Counted from the stretch's first letter, positions 36,565 through 45,952 are shown. The stretch: DNA of 64,000 nt from Clostridia bacterium (GCA_017429985.1 JAFRNW010000022.1:70291-134290); one strand, 5' to 3'. Numbers and translations are program-made. The notes: generated from the sequence alone by a model not told the origin.

Positions 36565-37299
36565 ATGAAAACGTATGAGACAATACTGAAAGCACTTCGA
36601 ATCAGGCAGGGTTATCAGCAGCGGGATGTGACACGGCTGCTGAACGAGATGGGAATCGACACCGCAAACACACAGGTAAGCCGTTGGGAACACGGATACA
36701 ACAACCCGAATCTGGAGCAGTTTATCGGCCTGTGCAGGATCTATTCCGTCCGGGATGTGAACGCGGTGTTTTCTGATGGCGAGATCTCCGGGCGCTCGGT
36801 CGGACTCAACAGGGAAGGTCTGGACAAACTGGAAGACTACCGTCAGCTTCTGATCGATTCCGGGAGGTATAATCCTGTGGAATCCGGGATGGAAAAGAAG
36901 GTGCTGCATTTTTCATCCAGGCAGCTCCCTGTTTATGACCTGAGGATTTCCGCCGGTCCCGGCCAGCTTGCGGAAAGCGGCGACGCATCCTATGAACTGG
37001 AGTATGTTCCGGAGGAGGTGCCTTCGACGGCGACATTCGGACTGATCGTATCCGGAGACAGCATGGAGCCTGCCATTGAGGACGGTGAAAAAATCTGGGT
37101 ACACCGCCAGCAGACGCTGGAGAGCGGAAACATCGGGGTGTTTTATCTGGACGGATCGCTGCTCGTGAAAGAGTACCGCGTTACGGATGACGGTGTGTTT
37201 CTTGTTTCTCACAACAAAAAATACCCGCCCAGACTGATCACGGAATACAGCAACGCGGTGATTTACGGGAAAGTGATCTATCCGTTCTGGAGAGGATAA
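36565..37299 (+). CDS. XRE-HTH / S24 peptidase repressor (LexA/CI-like)
   Basis: 244 aa. N-terminal HTH (LKALRIRQGYQQRDVTRLLNEMGIDTANTQVSRWE). C-terminal S24 domain with Ser (VSGDSMEP) and Lys (LLVKEY) motifs. Confidence 0.8.
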   Translation: MKTYETILKALRIRQGYQQRDVTRLLNEMGIDTANTQVSRWEHGYNNPNLEQFIGLCRIYSVRDVNAVFSDGEISGRSVGLNREGLDKLEDYRQLLIDSGRYNPVESGMEKKVLHFSSRQLPVYDLRISAGPGQLAESGDASYELEYVPEEVPSTATFGLIVSGDSMEPAIEDGEKIWVHRQQTLESGNIGVFYLDGSLLVKEYRVTDDGVFLVSHNKKYPPRLITEYSNAVIYGKVIYPFWRG

Positions 37300-37415
37300 T
37301 TGGAAAGGAGAATGATAAATATGAAAAAAATCATCGACAGCATCATCGACGTACTGGAAAGAGCACATATCGTCGTAGTGGAATATGAGGAGCCGGAAGA
37401 AGAAGGAAGCAACAA

Positions 37416-38251
37416 CTAGATCTCATCTGACCATCCGCGGACAGTGCGTATCTCTTCTTCGTAGCCGGCGTCATCATTCGGCGTTTCCAGGATAAACGGA
37501 AGCCCCTTCAGCGCCGGATGCCGGACGACAGATTTCAGCGCATCCCCGCCGATGCATCCGAGACCGAGCTTTTGATGCCGGTCTTTTTTTGTTCCGCACG
37601 GGTTCATGCTGTCATTTAAATGAACAGCTTTCAGCCTGGGAAGGCCGATCACTCTGTCAAAATGATCCAGGATGTCGTCCAGGCGTTCCTGAATGTTGTA
37701 GCCTGCGTCCCAGATATGGCAGGTATCCAGACAAACACCGACCTGTTCGGGCATCGTGATACGGTCCAGGATCTCGCGCAGTTCTTCGAAAGTGCTTCCG
37801 ATCTCACTGCCTTTTCCGGACATGGTTTCAAAAAGCACGGTGGTATGCATGCTGGGAACATGGCGTCGTTTACCGCGGCTGCAATCAGGTTGATGCCGGA
37901 TTCAACTCCCTGCCCAACATGAGAGCCGGGATGAAGGTTATAGCAGTTGTCCGGCAGATATTCCATCCGCAGGAGGTCATCCCGGAGCATATCGGACGCG
38001 AACTTCCGGATGTCCGGCTTATCGGAACAGAGATTCATAGTATACGGGGCATGTGCGACCAGAGTCCCGAACTGATGATCGGCCAGAAAGCTGAGCAGAG
38101 AAGCGGCATCATCGGGATCGACCGCTTTTGCCTTTCCCCCGCGAGGGTTCCGGGTAAAGAAAGCAAACGTATTCGCGCCGAGCTTTTGCGCAGCTTTGCC
38201 CATGGACAGGTAGCCGGAAGATGAGGAAAGATGATTTCCAATCAGAAACAT
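37416..38251 (-). pseudogene. nfo: Endonuclease IV (nfo) interrupted by a single-nt frameshift
   Basis: N-terminal part (MFLIGNHLSSSSG..HPGSHVGQGVESGINLIAAAVNDAMFP) and C-terminal part (HTTVLFETMSGKGSEIG..CLDTCHIWDAGY..HLNDS..ILETP) lie in two frames that abut at ~37848-37856. Together they are co-linear with full-length Nfo. Confidence 0.8.
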
Positions 38252-38331
38252 GAGAATTCTCCTATCAGTATTCAGACGGACATCGGGGAACCGCGCCATC
38301 ATCACGCCCGAAGGCGCGCCGCCTTCCCGGC

Positions 38332-39354
38332 TTAAACCAGATCCATTTCAATGGAGATATCCTGACCGGATGCGGATACCGTTGCAAGACTTCCGCATAT
38401 CAGCGGCATCATGGGAGAAAGATGCCCGATATCAAGGTCCATCAGGATGGGGACATCGTACTTGTCGAGAATGCTTTCTGCGGCAGTGTAGAAGTCAAGC
38501 CCCATATCGGATTCGCCAAAGCGTACAGATCTTCCGAAGAGGAAACCGGATGCGTGACGGAACCAGCCTGCGCTGTCCAGCTGCCAGAGGACTCTTCGCA
38601 TATCAAAAGGCGACAGGTCATAAGCCTCCATGAACCAGATGATTCCGTCCGACGCATACTTTGAATTGAATTCCTTCACCCGGTCAAACGGCGTGCCGCA
38701 CAATACCGCCAGGCTGTCCAGACAGCCTCCGAGCAGACGTCCGCGCATATTGGCGGGATCAGCAGTGCAGATCTTGTTGGAGGGAGGCTCTGTAATGTGA
38801 TAGGGAACCAGAGGATTGTCCTCGGTTTTCAGGGATTCGAGTTCCCAGCCCGGGTAACCGGTGACGGTTCTTTTTTCACCCCGAAGCATCAGAAACGCAT
38901 CTTCGACGGCCTGATGCCACGGACGCATTCCGAACGCGGAGACGCACGGCCCATAAATGGATGCGGTATCGCAAAGGGTCGTCAGCGTGAATGTCAGGTT
39001 TGTGATATCGGAGAATCCCATCAGCCACTTTGGCGGAGCGTTCCGGATCGCTTCAAAATCAATGAACGGGAGATCCTCGCACATGGTTTCCCCGCCGCCT
39101 GTGGCAATGATCACATCACAGTCCCGGTTCAGGAAAAAATCGTTGACTTCCGCTCCGCAGGCTTCGGCGGTATTGCTCTTGCCGATGCCCCTTGCTTCAT
39201 AGCAGTTTGGTCCGAGTATTAAAGAATATCCCTTTTTGCGGAACACACGCTGCGCTTCCTTGAAGCAGGTCTTGTACGGTTCCGTACTGCATCCGAAGGA
39301 CGGAGCGATAAAACCGATGGTGCCGCTTTGATGGAGAAACCGGGGATAACGCAT
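38332..39354 (-). CDS. S66 peptidase (LD-carboxypeptidase / MccF-like), paralog 1, cytoplasmic
   Basis: Start at MRYPRFL. GFIAPSFG N-terminus, ATGGGETMCE, nucleophile motif GFSDITNL, and a C-terminal DIGHLSP His motif. Confidence 0.8.
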   Translation of the reverse strand: MRYPRFLHQSGTIGFIAPSFGCSTEPYKTCFKEAQRVFRKKGYSLILGPNCYEARGIGKSNTAEACGAEVNDFFLNRDCDVIIATGGGETMCEDLPFIDFEAIRNAPPKWLMGFSDITNLTFTLTTLCDTASIYGPCVSAFGMRPWHQAVEDAFLMLRGEKRTVTGYPGWELESLKTEDNPLVPYHITEPPSNKICTADPANMRGRLLGGCLDSLAVLCGTPFDRVKEFNSKYASDGIIWFMEAYDLSPFDMRRVLWQLDSAGWFRHASGFLFGRSVRFGESDMGLDFYTAAESILDKYDVPILMDLDIGHLSPMMPLICGSLATVSASGQDISIEMDLV

Positions 39355-39483
39355 AGGAACACCTGCCTTGAACGAGAAGATTACTGCAATTATATCGCAG
39401 CGATTATTAAATTGGTACGGAAGCCCGGATTTACTCCGACCGGTGAAAAGGCGGAGCCGCCTGTCCGACAAAGCGAAGGGGAA

Positions 39484-40326
39484 TCAGTCCCCCGTAAAGA
39501 AGCGGAAGAGCCTCTCCTGATAATCCGGCGCTGTATCAAAAGAGGCATGCCCGTATCCGCTGTAAACATATGACTGGAAACCCGGATTGTCCCGCAGTTT
39601 TTCCGTCAGGACAGATATGGCGTCCGGGCCAAGGACGGCGTCGTCGCTCGCGCCGATCGCAAGGACGGGACACCGGATTTCGTCCAGCCTGTCGGTAATG
39701 TCAAAATGTTCCGTTCCCGCAGCCAATATGATAAAACGCTGAAGGTCTTCTTCGCTGACCGTTCGTGCGACCGAAATCAGACCGTCCCTCAGCTGACGGA
39801 AGACGTGAGGGGGATAGAGACGCCTGCCGAACGAAAGATACAGCGCTTCGCGGTCTCCGGCTTCTGCGAGTCGGATCCACTCCCGAATAACAGAAAAGCA
39901 GGACGCATCCACACAGGGAGAAGAAGACCCGAGCACCAGCCTGTGAATCAGACCGGGATGTTCGACGGCCAGTACCATCGCGATCATCCCGCCCTGTGAG
40001 GCGCCGAAAAGACAGGTGCTCTGAAGACCGAGGGAGGACATGGCCGAGAATGTATCGGACGCCATTTCACGGATGCTGTAGACGGGAGGAAGATCGGTGC
40101 GGCGATCAAAGACATAAACGGTAAAATCATCTTTCATGATTCCGTATTCTTCCGCTACAGCGGATGCGGACAGCATCACGCTCTGCACGCTCAGACCGGG
40201 AAGGATCACAAGTGTTTTTGTCCCTGTTCCGAAGCGGAAAAAGCGCATGGACCCGCTTTCAATATGGATTTCTTCAATCGGGATGTTCATCTTTCTCCCT
40301 GATGCATCTGCCTGACGAATTTGCAT
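39484..40326 (-). CDS. Alpha/beta hydrolase
   Basis: 280 aa. LVILPGLS, nucleophile elbow GASQGG, C-terminal GYGHA. Alternative start at 40290 (MNIPIEE). Confidence 0.7.
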   Translation of the reverse strand: MQIRQADASGRKMNIPIEEIHIESGSMRFFRFGTGTKTLVILPGLSVQSVMLSASAVAEEYGIMKDDFTVYVFDRRTDLPPVYSIREMASDTFSAMSSLGLQSTCLFGASQGGMIAMVLAVEHPGLIHRLVLGSSSPCVDASCFSVIREWIRLAEAGDREALYLSFGRRLYPPHVFRQLRDGLISVARTVSEEDLQRFIILAAGTEHFDITDRLDEIRCPVLAIGASDDAVLGPDAISVLTEKLRDNPGFQSYVYSGYGHASFDTAPDYQERLFRFFTGD

Positions 40327-40413
40327 ACCCCAATTTCATGAGGTTTCATACAACGGTTTCAAACTCTGCGGAAAGCGATGCAGCACAACAGCCTGCTGCC
40401 GGACAGGAGCAGG

Positions 40414-41073
40414 TCATGTCTTTTTCAAATAAGCCGAAGAAACCGGAAAATCAAAGTAGGTATCCGGATAAGGCTCTTTTTCAAGTGAGAAATGCCACCA
40501 CTCGCAATCGATTGGGCGGAATCCGTTCCGGACCATAACCTTCTGAAGCAGCATCCTGTTCTCGTACTGTTCTTCCGTAACGTCCCTGCAATCCGGATGC
40601 GACACCGGGCTGAACAGATCGAACGGACTGCCCATATCGACTTCTTTTCCGGTGCGCATATCCAGAAGCGTCAGATCGACGGTGCTTCCTCTGCTGTGGC
40701 TGGACAGGCTCGCGATATATCCTCTTTTGAAAAGCTCCTGCTTGTCCAGGTCCGGATAAAAGAAAGGCTTCATACGCAGGTCGAGATCTTCAATTCCCCA
40801 GAGGACAAAGTGCTTGACGGCCCGTACGGGACGATACGCATCAAATATCTTCAGACGGTAACCCATGACGTTCATTTCGTTGCTAACCGCCTGCAGAGCG
40901 CGTGCGGCCTCTCTGGTCATGAGCGCGCAGGGCTCCTCGTAGCCGTTGATTCTGTCTCCGATAAAGTTATAGGTCGAATAGTACCGGATCTCCTGAATGA
41001 TTCCTGGCACAAGATCTGCCAGAGGAATAAATCCGGACGGATCGGTGCTGATTCGATATTCATGATCAGTCAT
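40414..41073 (-). CDS. ddpX: D-alanyl-D-alanine dipeptidase (VanX/DdpX, M15D)
   Basis: 219 aa. Co-linear with VanX: FDAYRP.RAV, SSHSRGSTVDLTL (Zn ligands), EWWHFSL, PYPDTYFDFPV. Confidence 0.85.
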   Translation of the reverse strand: MTDHEYRISTDPSGFIPLADLVPGIIQEIRYYSTYNFIGDRINGYEEPCALMTREAARALQAVSNEMNVMGYRLKIFDAYRPVRAVKHFVLWGIEDLDLRMKPFFYPDLDKQELFKRGYIASLSSHSRGSTVDLTLLDMRTGKEVDMGSPFDLFSPVSHPDCRDVTEEQYENRMLLQKVMVRNGFRPIDCEWWHFSLEKEPYPDTYFDFPVSSAYLKKT

Positions 41074-41193
41074 TCAATCCCTCCCTGTTTTTTGCCGCGC
41101 GGGCGAAGCGTCACCGGAGCTGGTCAACGTGAGAACAAAGGGCAAAAGCCTATCAGAGCCACAAACCGCCGCACAGCGCGCTGTTCATGTTTA

Positions 41194-41907
41194 TCATACA
41201 ATACCTGCCCGGGGTCCGGTTCCAGCGATTTTCAGCTGTCTCAGGTATTGCTTTTGTTCGTTCGTGATCCTTCGGCTTTCGATGCTTTTCTGGATTGCTT
41301 TGTTGTGGGTCCACTCGTTAAGCCTGTTTTCTTCGATATAGGGAAGGATCGCGTCGTACTGTTTGGCAAGGCCGGTAGCAAAATACCATGCGATCATCAT
41401 ATTGACATAGTATTCTTCCGATTTGACCCCTGCCACCATTTCGGCGTATTCAGGCCGGAATCTGTCATCCAGGAAGTGCTGCATCAGCATTCCGACCGCA
41501 AACCGTACCGTATACGTACGATCTGACCGAAGCCATGTCCGGAGATACGGGAGCAGCTTTTCCGGCTCCTTCTTGAACGCTTTGGGCGAAAGCTGGTCAC
41601 AGGTGGCCCAGTTATCGATGAAGGGCAGAAACAGTTCCACGTTCCGGATACATTTCTGGAAGTCCTTCTCAAGTGAGATGATAAAGGCATGGAGCTGGTC
41701 CTCTTCGAAGTAACGATGAGGAAGATCCGACAGAAAAGGCTCCGCGATTTCGGTACCGTAGAGCTTTCCTGCTAATGAGCGCAGCTCGGGAGTTCTCACG
41801 CCTATGATCCTGTCGGGGGCAACCGTCGGGAGTATCCTTTTCTGCAGAGCGGAATACTGAACATCCTGCTGCCGGAACAGTTCTGCAATGATTTCATTTT
41901 CGTTCAT
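41194..41907 (-). CDS. DNA alkylation repair protein (AlkD-like HEAT-repeat glycosylase family)
   Basis: 237 aa. The typical N-terminus (..LQKRILPT..IIGVRTPELRSLAKL) and WATCD motif of the DNA_alkylation family are present. Confidence 0.75.
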   Translation of the reverse strand: MNENEIIAELFRQQDVQYSALQKRILPTVAPDRIIGVRTPELRSLAGKLYGTEIAEPFLSDLPHRYFEEDQLHAFIISLEKDFQKCIRNVELFLPFIDNWATCDQLSPKAFKKEPEKLLPYLRTWLRSDRTYTVRFAVGMLMQHFLDDRFRPEYAEMVAGVKSEEYYVNMMIAWYFATGLAKQYDAILPYIEENRLNEWTHNKAIQKSIESRRITNEQKQYLRQLKIAGTGPRAGIV

Positions 41908-41960
41908 GCGCGAACTCCCTTCTGCGAACGAATCCGATTACGCGTCCCAAGACGCGGTTT

Positions 41961-42992
41961 TTATGAATGATCGAAGCAGATGCGCTGCTGCCCCGCGTCG
42001 ACATGTGATTTGACGCCGAAAGGAATGATGCACCGCGGCATGGCGTGACCGACGTTGACGTTGCAGAGGATCGGTACGCGTGGATCCCCGACCACATCCT
42101 TCAAAGCATCTTTGTATTCCATATGATAGACATCGTCCATCGGCTTGCCGATCAGCATTCCCGAAATGACCTGAAAGATTCCTGCTGATTTCAGGTATTC
42201 CAGTGCTTTACGGTATTTTTCCGGAGGCATTTTTTCCTCGCTGGATTCCAGCAGAAGGATTTTTCCCTTCCAGTCCTCCGCAGAAGGAAACAGACGGTAC
42301 CTGCTGCAAAGCTCCGGCATGTCCTCGTACCGGTCGCCGTTGAAGAGATCGTACAGGGAATCGATGCATCCTCCCAAGACTTCCCCGGAAAAGACGGGGC
42401 TTCCCTGCAGAAGTTCAAAGCCGTGATCGGAATGAGAAGGATTCGCGATCCCGATCTGCTCTGGACCGAATCCCTTTCTGGATTCATACCATACGCTGCT
42501 GGGCGCTATCTCTGAGATGCTGCCTGTCCGGAGCAGTTCCTCAAAGTATCGTTTCGTGTACGGAAGCATTTCATGATCCAGTTCGCAGATATCGGCAAGA
42601 AAGGACTGCCCGTAGAATGTCCGCAGGCCGACCTTGTGCAGCATCAGGTGATTGAGAGTAGAATCTGAAAATCCGAGGAAAACCTTGTCGGAAACGGCAT
42701 GGATCAGCTCGTCGTGATCAAACAGATAAGGAAGCAGCCGGTAGGTGTCATCCCCGCCGATTGCGCACAGGATCATGTCGATTTCAGGATCTCTGAAAGC
42801 TTCAAGCAGATCGGAAGCCCTGTCTTCCGGATGCTGTTGCAGGTAACGGATGCCTTTCAATGCGTGGGGCATGAAACGGACGTCAATGCCATATGATTCA
42901 AGCCGTCTGAGACCCAGTGCGGTTTCATGTTTTACAGAGGGTTCGCCAATAGTGCCGCTTGACAAACTGACGATGGCGATGGTTTTTATCAC
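41961..42992 (-). CDS. S66 peptidase (LD-carboxypeptidase / MccF-like), paralog 2, cytoplasmic
   Basis: 343 aa. IAIVSLSSG, AIGGDDTYRLLPYL, GFSDSTLNH nucleophile motif, NVGHAMP His motif. Confidence 0.8.
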   Translation of the reverse strand: MIKTIAIVSLSSGTIGEPSVKHETALGLRRLESYGIDVRFMPHALKGIRYLQQHPEDRASDLLEAFRDPEIDMILCAIGGDDTYRLLPYLFDHDELIHAVSDKVFLGFSDSTLNHLMLHKVGLRTFYGQSFLADICELDHEMLPYTKRYFEELLRTGSISEIAPSSVWYESRKGFGPEQIGIANPSHSDHGFELLQGSPVFSGEVLGGCIDSLYDLFNGDRYEDMPELCSRYRLFPSAEDWKGKILLLESSEEKMPPEKYRKALEYLKSAGIFQVISGMLIGKPMDDVYHMEYKDALKDVVGDPRVPILCNVNVGHAMPRCIIPFGVKSHVDAGQQRICFDHS

Positions 42993-43069
42993 GGATTCAT
43001 GCGCTCCTTAACATGATGAATAGGGATCCGGCTCAGACAGGTCGGGCCGCAGTTTGCTTCTGGGTCCGC

Positions 43070-43468
43070 TCAGTCCCGTCTTTCCCTTGCGCTCTGATCA
43101 AGATTCTTTTTCTTTTCGAAAAATGCCTTGACCATCCTGTCATATTCTTCCGGGCTGCAGGCGGTTCTGCAAGACGGGGCGAACGACTGCGTTACGGCAA
43201 AGCATTCCTCGATGACAGCGCACGGGTACAGACCGCATTTTCCGCAGTCGGATATTTGTTTTGCCGAGACGCATCGGTTAACGTGATACCTGCACCAGTT
43301 GTCCGGGCTGCAGCCTGTGCATGAGATCTCCTCACTGGAAACGATACGGTCCCGGTATCCGGTTTTCATCCACAGTTCCGCAGTTCGGTTTAATTCTGCT
43401 TCTGTCTTTGGCAGATGCCGCGGACATGCGCCGCAGTCATTTCCGCAGGCGGCTATGTTTTTCTCCAT
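43070..43468 (-). CDS. DUF3795-like cysteine-rich protein
   Basis: 132 aa. ACGNDCGACP, CTGCS and CGKCGLYPC cysteine clusters are characteristic of DUF3795. Confidence 0.6.
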   Translation of the reverse strand: MEKNIAACGNDCGACPRHLPKTEAELNRTAELWMKTGYRDRIVSSEEISCTGCSPDNWCRYHVNRCVSAKQISDCGKCGLYPCAVIEECFAVTQSFAPSCRTACSPEEYDRMVKAFFEKKKNLDQSARERRD

Positions 43469-43548
43469 GCTTCCCCTGTATTGTTCCGGTATTGGACGGG
43501 GCCATTACGAACGCAATGACCCCTTGCTGTTTTGTCTCATTGAAAGTC

Positions 43549-44175
43549 TTAAAACAACTGCCCGGGAAGTCTCAGCTTTTCCCTGTACGGGAATTGCTTA
43601 TCGAATTCGTCCACATCGGAATCGTTCACATAGTATCCCGTGGGCGTCTGGTAAACGCCCGTGATTCCCGCCAGGTATCCCGGGATCAATTCCTTGCAGA
43701 GGAAAAAGGAATCGTCCGCGCCTTCCGGAAGATCATGGTACCGGATGCCGAATTTTCTGGCGTAATCGAATCCGCTTTTACCGTAGAATCCGATATTGCC
43801 TTCAAAAAGAACGGCACCAAAACCAAGCTCTCTGGCTTTTTCCAGCGAGTGATCCAGCAGCATCTTTCCGTAACCTCTGCGCTTTAATTCCGGAATGATG
43901 CCAATCGGTCCCATTGTCAGGACGGGGATCGTTCTGCCGTCGTCCGCATCAATGCGGGTTTTCATGAACATATTCTGCCCGATCAGCCTGCCGTTCTGCT
44001 CCATGACGAAATCCAGGTCTTTCACAAAAGCCGGATCGTCTCTCAGAACGTGGATGACATAATGCTCGCTGCATCCCGGGCGATATACATTCCAGAACGA
44101 TTCCCTGACAAGGTTTTCGACTTCCCTGTATTCTTCTGTTTTTTCCAAACGAATGACGGCGTCATTTTTATTCAT
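43549..44175 (-). CDS. GNAT family N-acetyltransferase (YhbS-like)
   Basis: 208 aa. Acetyl-CoA motif ELKRRGYGKMLLDHSLEKARELG. GGAGG RBS. Confidence 0.75.
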   Translation of the reverse strand: MNKNDAVIRLEKTEEYREVENLVRESFWNVYRPGCSEHYVIHVLRDDPAFVKDLDFVMEQNGRLIGQNMFMKTRIDADDGRTIPVLTMGPIGIIPELKRRGYGKMLLDHSLEKARELGFGAVLFEGNIGFYGKSGFDYARKFGIRYHDLPEGADDSFFLCKELIPGYLAGITGVYQTPTGYYVNDSDVDEFDKQFPYREKLRLPGQLF

Positions 44176-44506
44176 TGTTTTTCCTCCTGAATATTGTTGA
44201 CTTCAATTGCCTTCCAGCGGGAGGTTTGTCCGATTGTCAGCAAACCTCCCGGTCAGCCCACAATCTCCAGTAATGTGCTCGATTTCAAACAGCGTTCTCC
44301 TAACAGATGTTGTTTTATCATCAGGCCCGACGGCCGGATTATCCGTAAAGCGATTCGGAATATATGCTGCAACCCGTTTCTTGTTTCTCATTATACCATA
44401 GAGAAAATGATGGTATCCGAAAAACATGAAACTGTTTGACAAGGGAACGAACGGACCGGGCGGCGGGAAGCCCTGCTCCGCCTGCACAGAAGAGTGCCAG
44501 ACGTTA

Positions 44507-44535
44507 TTGACAAGTGACCGACCGATCACTATAAT
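44507..44535 (+). promoter_or_regulatory. Consensus sigma-70 promoter with embedded inverted repeat (likely TetR operator)
   Basis: TTGACA - 17 nt - TATAAT (perfect hexamers). The spacer is AGTGAccgaccgaTCACT (5-bp inverted arms). Lies ~40 nt upstream of the tetR-family start. Confidence 0.7.
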
Positions 44536-44576
44536 AAGAGAACGAACGGTCACCTATTTTGAATCTGGAGGAGCGA

Positions 44577-45182
44577 ATGGCAAAGGATACGAAAGACAGG
44601 ATCCTTGCGGCCGCGCTGGATATGTTTTCCAGGAACGGCTATGCGGGAACGAACATCCGTGAACTGACCTCGTCCCTGGGACTGGTCAAGTCCTCAATGT
44701 ACAAGCATTTTGAGAGCAAGGAACAAATCTGGGATGCGCTGCTTGACGAGCTGATTTCCTATTATGACGCACGTTTCGGTCCGGCGGGGCATCTGCCAAC
44801 CGTACCGGATTCCATGGAAGAACTATCCGCTCTGACCATGCAGATGGTGCGGTTTACGATACAGGACGAAAAAGTCATCAAAGCGCGCAAAATTCTGACG
44901 ATCGAGCAGTTTCGCGACGAACGTGCCAGAACGCTTGCCACGAAATACTTCGTTACCGGTCTCAGGGACATGTTTGCGCCTGTGTTTCTGGGAATGATGG
45001 AAAAGGGTCTTCTTCGCAGAAATGATCCTTCGGCGCTTGCCTTTGCATATACCGCTCCCATCTCGGCGCTGATTCACCTGTGTGACCGGGAGCCGGAAAA
45101 GACGGGCGAGGCGGTTGCGCAGATCGAGGCGTTTATACGGCTTTTTATCGGGACATACGGAGTGCAGACAGATGATATATGA
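44577..45182 (+). CDS. TetR/AcrR family transcriptional regulator
   Basis: Start at MAKDTKDRILAAALDMFSRNGYAGTNIRELT (TetR HTH), with GGAGGAG upstream. Confidence 0.85.
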   Translation: MAKDTKDRILAAALDMFSRNGYAGTNIRELTSSLGLVKSSMYKHFESKEQIWDALLDELISYYDARFGPAGHLPTVPDSMEELSALTMQMVRFTIQDEKVIKARKILTIEQFRDERARTLATKYFVTGLRDMFAPVFLGMMEKGLLRRNDPSALAFAYTAPISALIHLCDREPEKTGEAVAQIEAFIRLFIGTYGVQTDDI

Positions 45183-45933
45183 ACTGAAAGATACGGCAAA
45201 GGCCAAGAAACTGTTTGAAGGCTGGGAGGAAACGATCATCTATGCCTGCCTCCAGAAGATCATGGGAAAGGTCTACGTTACCGATCCGGAAACGCCTGTT
45301 TCCGCGATGGCTTTCGCGGGATGCTTCGCGTTTTATGCCGGCCTGCCAGATAAGGAACTCATATGCCGGAAGCCGGAAGGCTTTGTGATTATGACGCCGC
45401 AAAATGAAGAATGGGCAGCCTGCATCGAGGCATGCTTCCCCGACGCGGAGAAGCGTATCCGGTACGCGATCAAAAAGGACACCCGGTTTGACGTTCCGTT
45501 GCTCCGGAAGCTGGTCCTGTCAATTCCGGAAGGATATGAACTCAGAACGATCGACGGCGATCTTTTCGACCAGTGCCTGGAAAACCAGATGACAGAAGAC
45601 TTTGTCTCCTCTTTCGAGAGCAAAGAGCATTTCCTGGACATGGGGAGAGGCGTGGTGATCCTTAGGGATGGGAAGATCGTTTCCGGGGCTTCTTCATACA
45701 TCCGGTACAGGGAAGGCATCGAACTTGAGGTCGACACGCTTGAAGAAGAAAGGCGGAAGGGTCTTGCCGCGGCAGCATGCGCCGCGCTGATTCTCCAATG
45801 CCTGGAAGAGGGGCTGTATCCAAGCTGGGACGCACAGAATATGGCATCCGTACATCTGGCGGAGAAACTGGGCTACGAACTGGATCATGCATATACGGTT
45901 TATGAGGTTCCAGGCGGGAAAAGGATAAATTGA
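45172..45933 (+). CDS. GNAT family N-acetyltransferase
   Basis: Start at MIYELKD, overlapping the tetR 3' end by 11 nt. C-terminal GNAT core EVDTLEEERRKGLAAAACAALILQCLEEGLYPSWDA. Confidence 0.7.
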   Translation: MIYELKDTAKAKKLFEGWEETIIYACLQKIMGKVYVTDPETPVSAMAFAGCFAFYAGLPDKELICRKPEGFVIMTPQNEEWAACIEACFPDAEKRIRYAIKKDTRFDVPLLRKLVLSIPEGYELRTIDGDLFDQCLENQMTEDFVSSFESKEHFLDMGRGVVILRDGKIVSGASSYIRYREGIELEVDTLEEERRKGLAAAACAALILQCLEEGLYPSWDAQNMASVHLAEKLGYELDHAYTVYEVPGGKRIN

Positions 45934-45952
45934 CGGACCGGAAAGGAACAAT

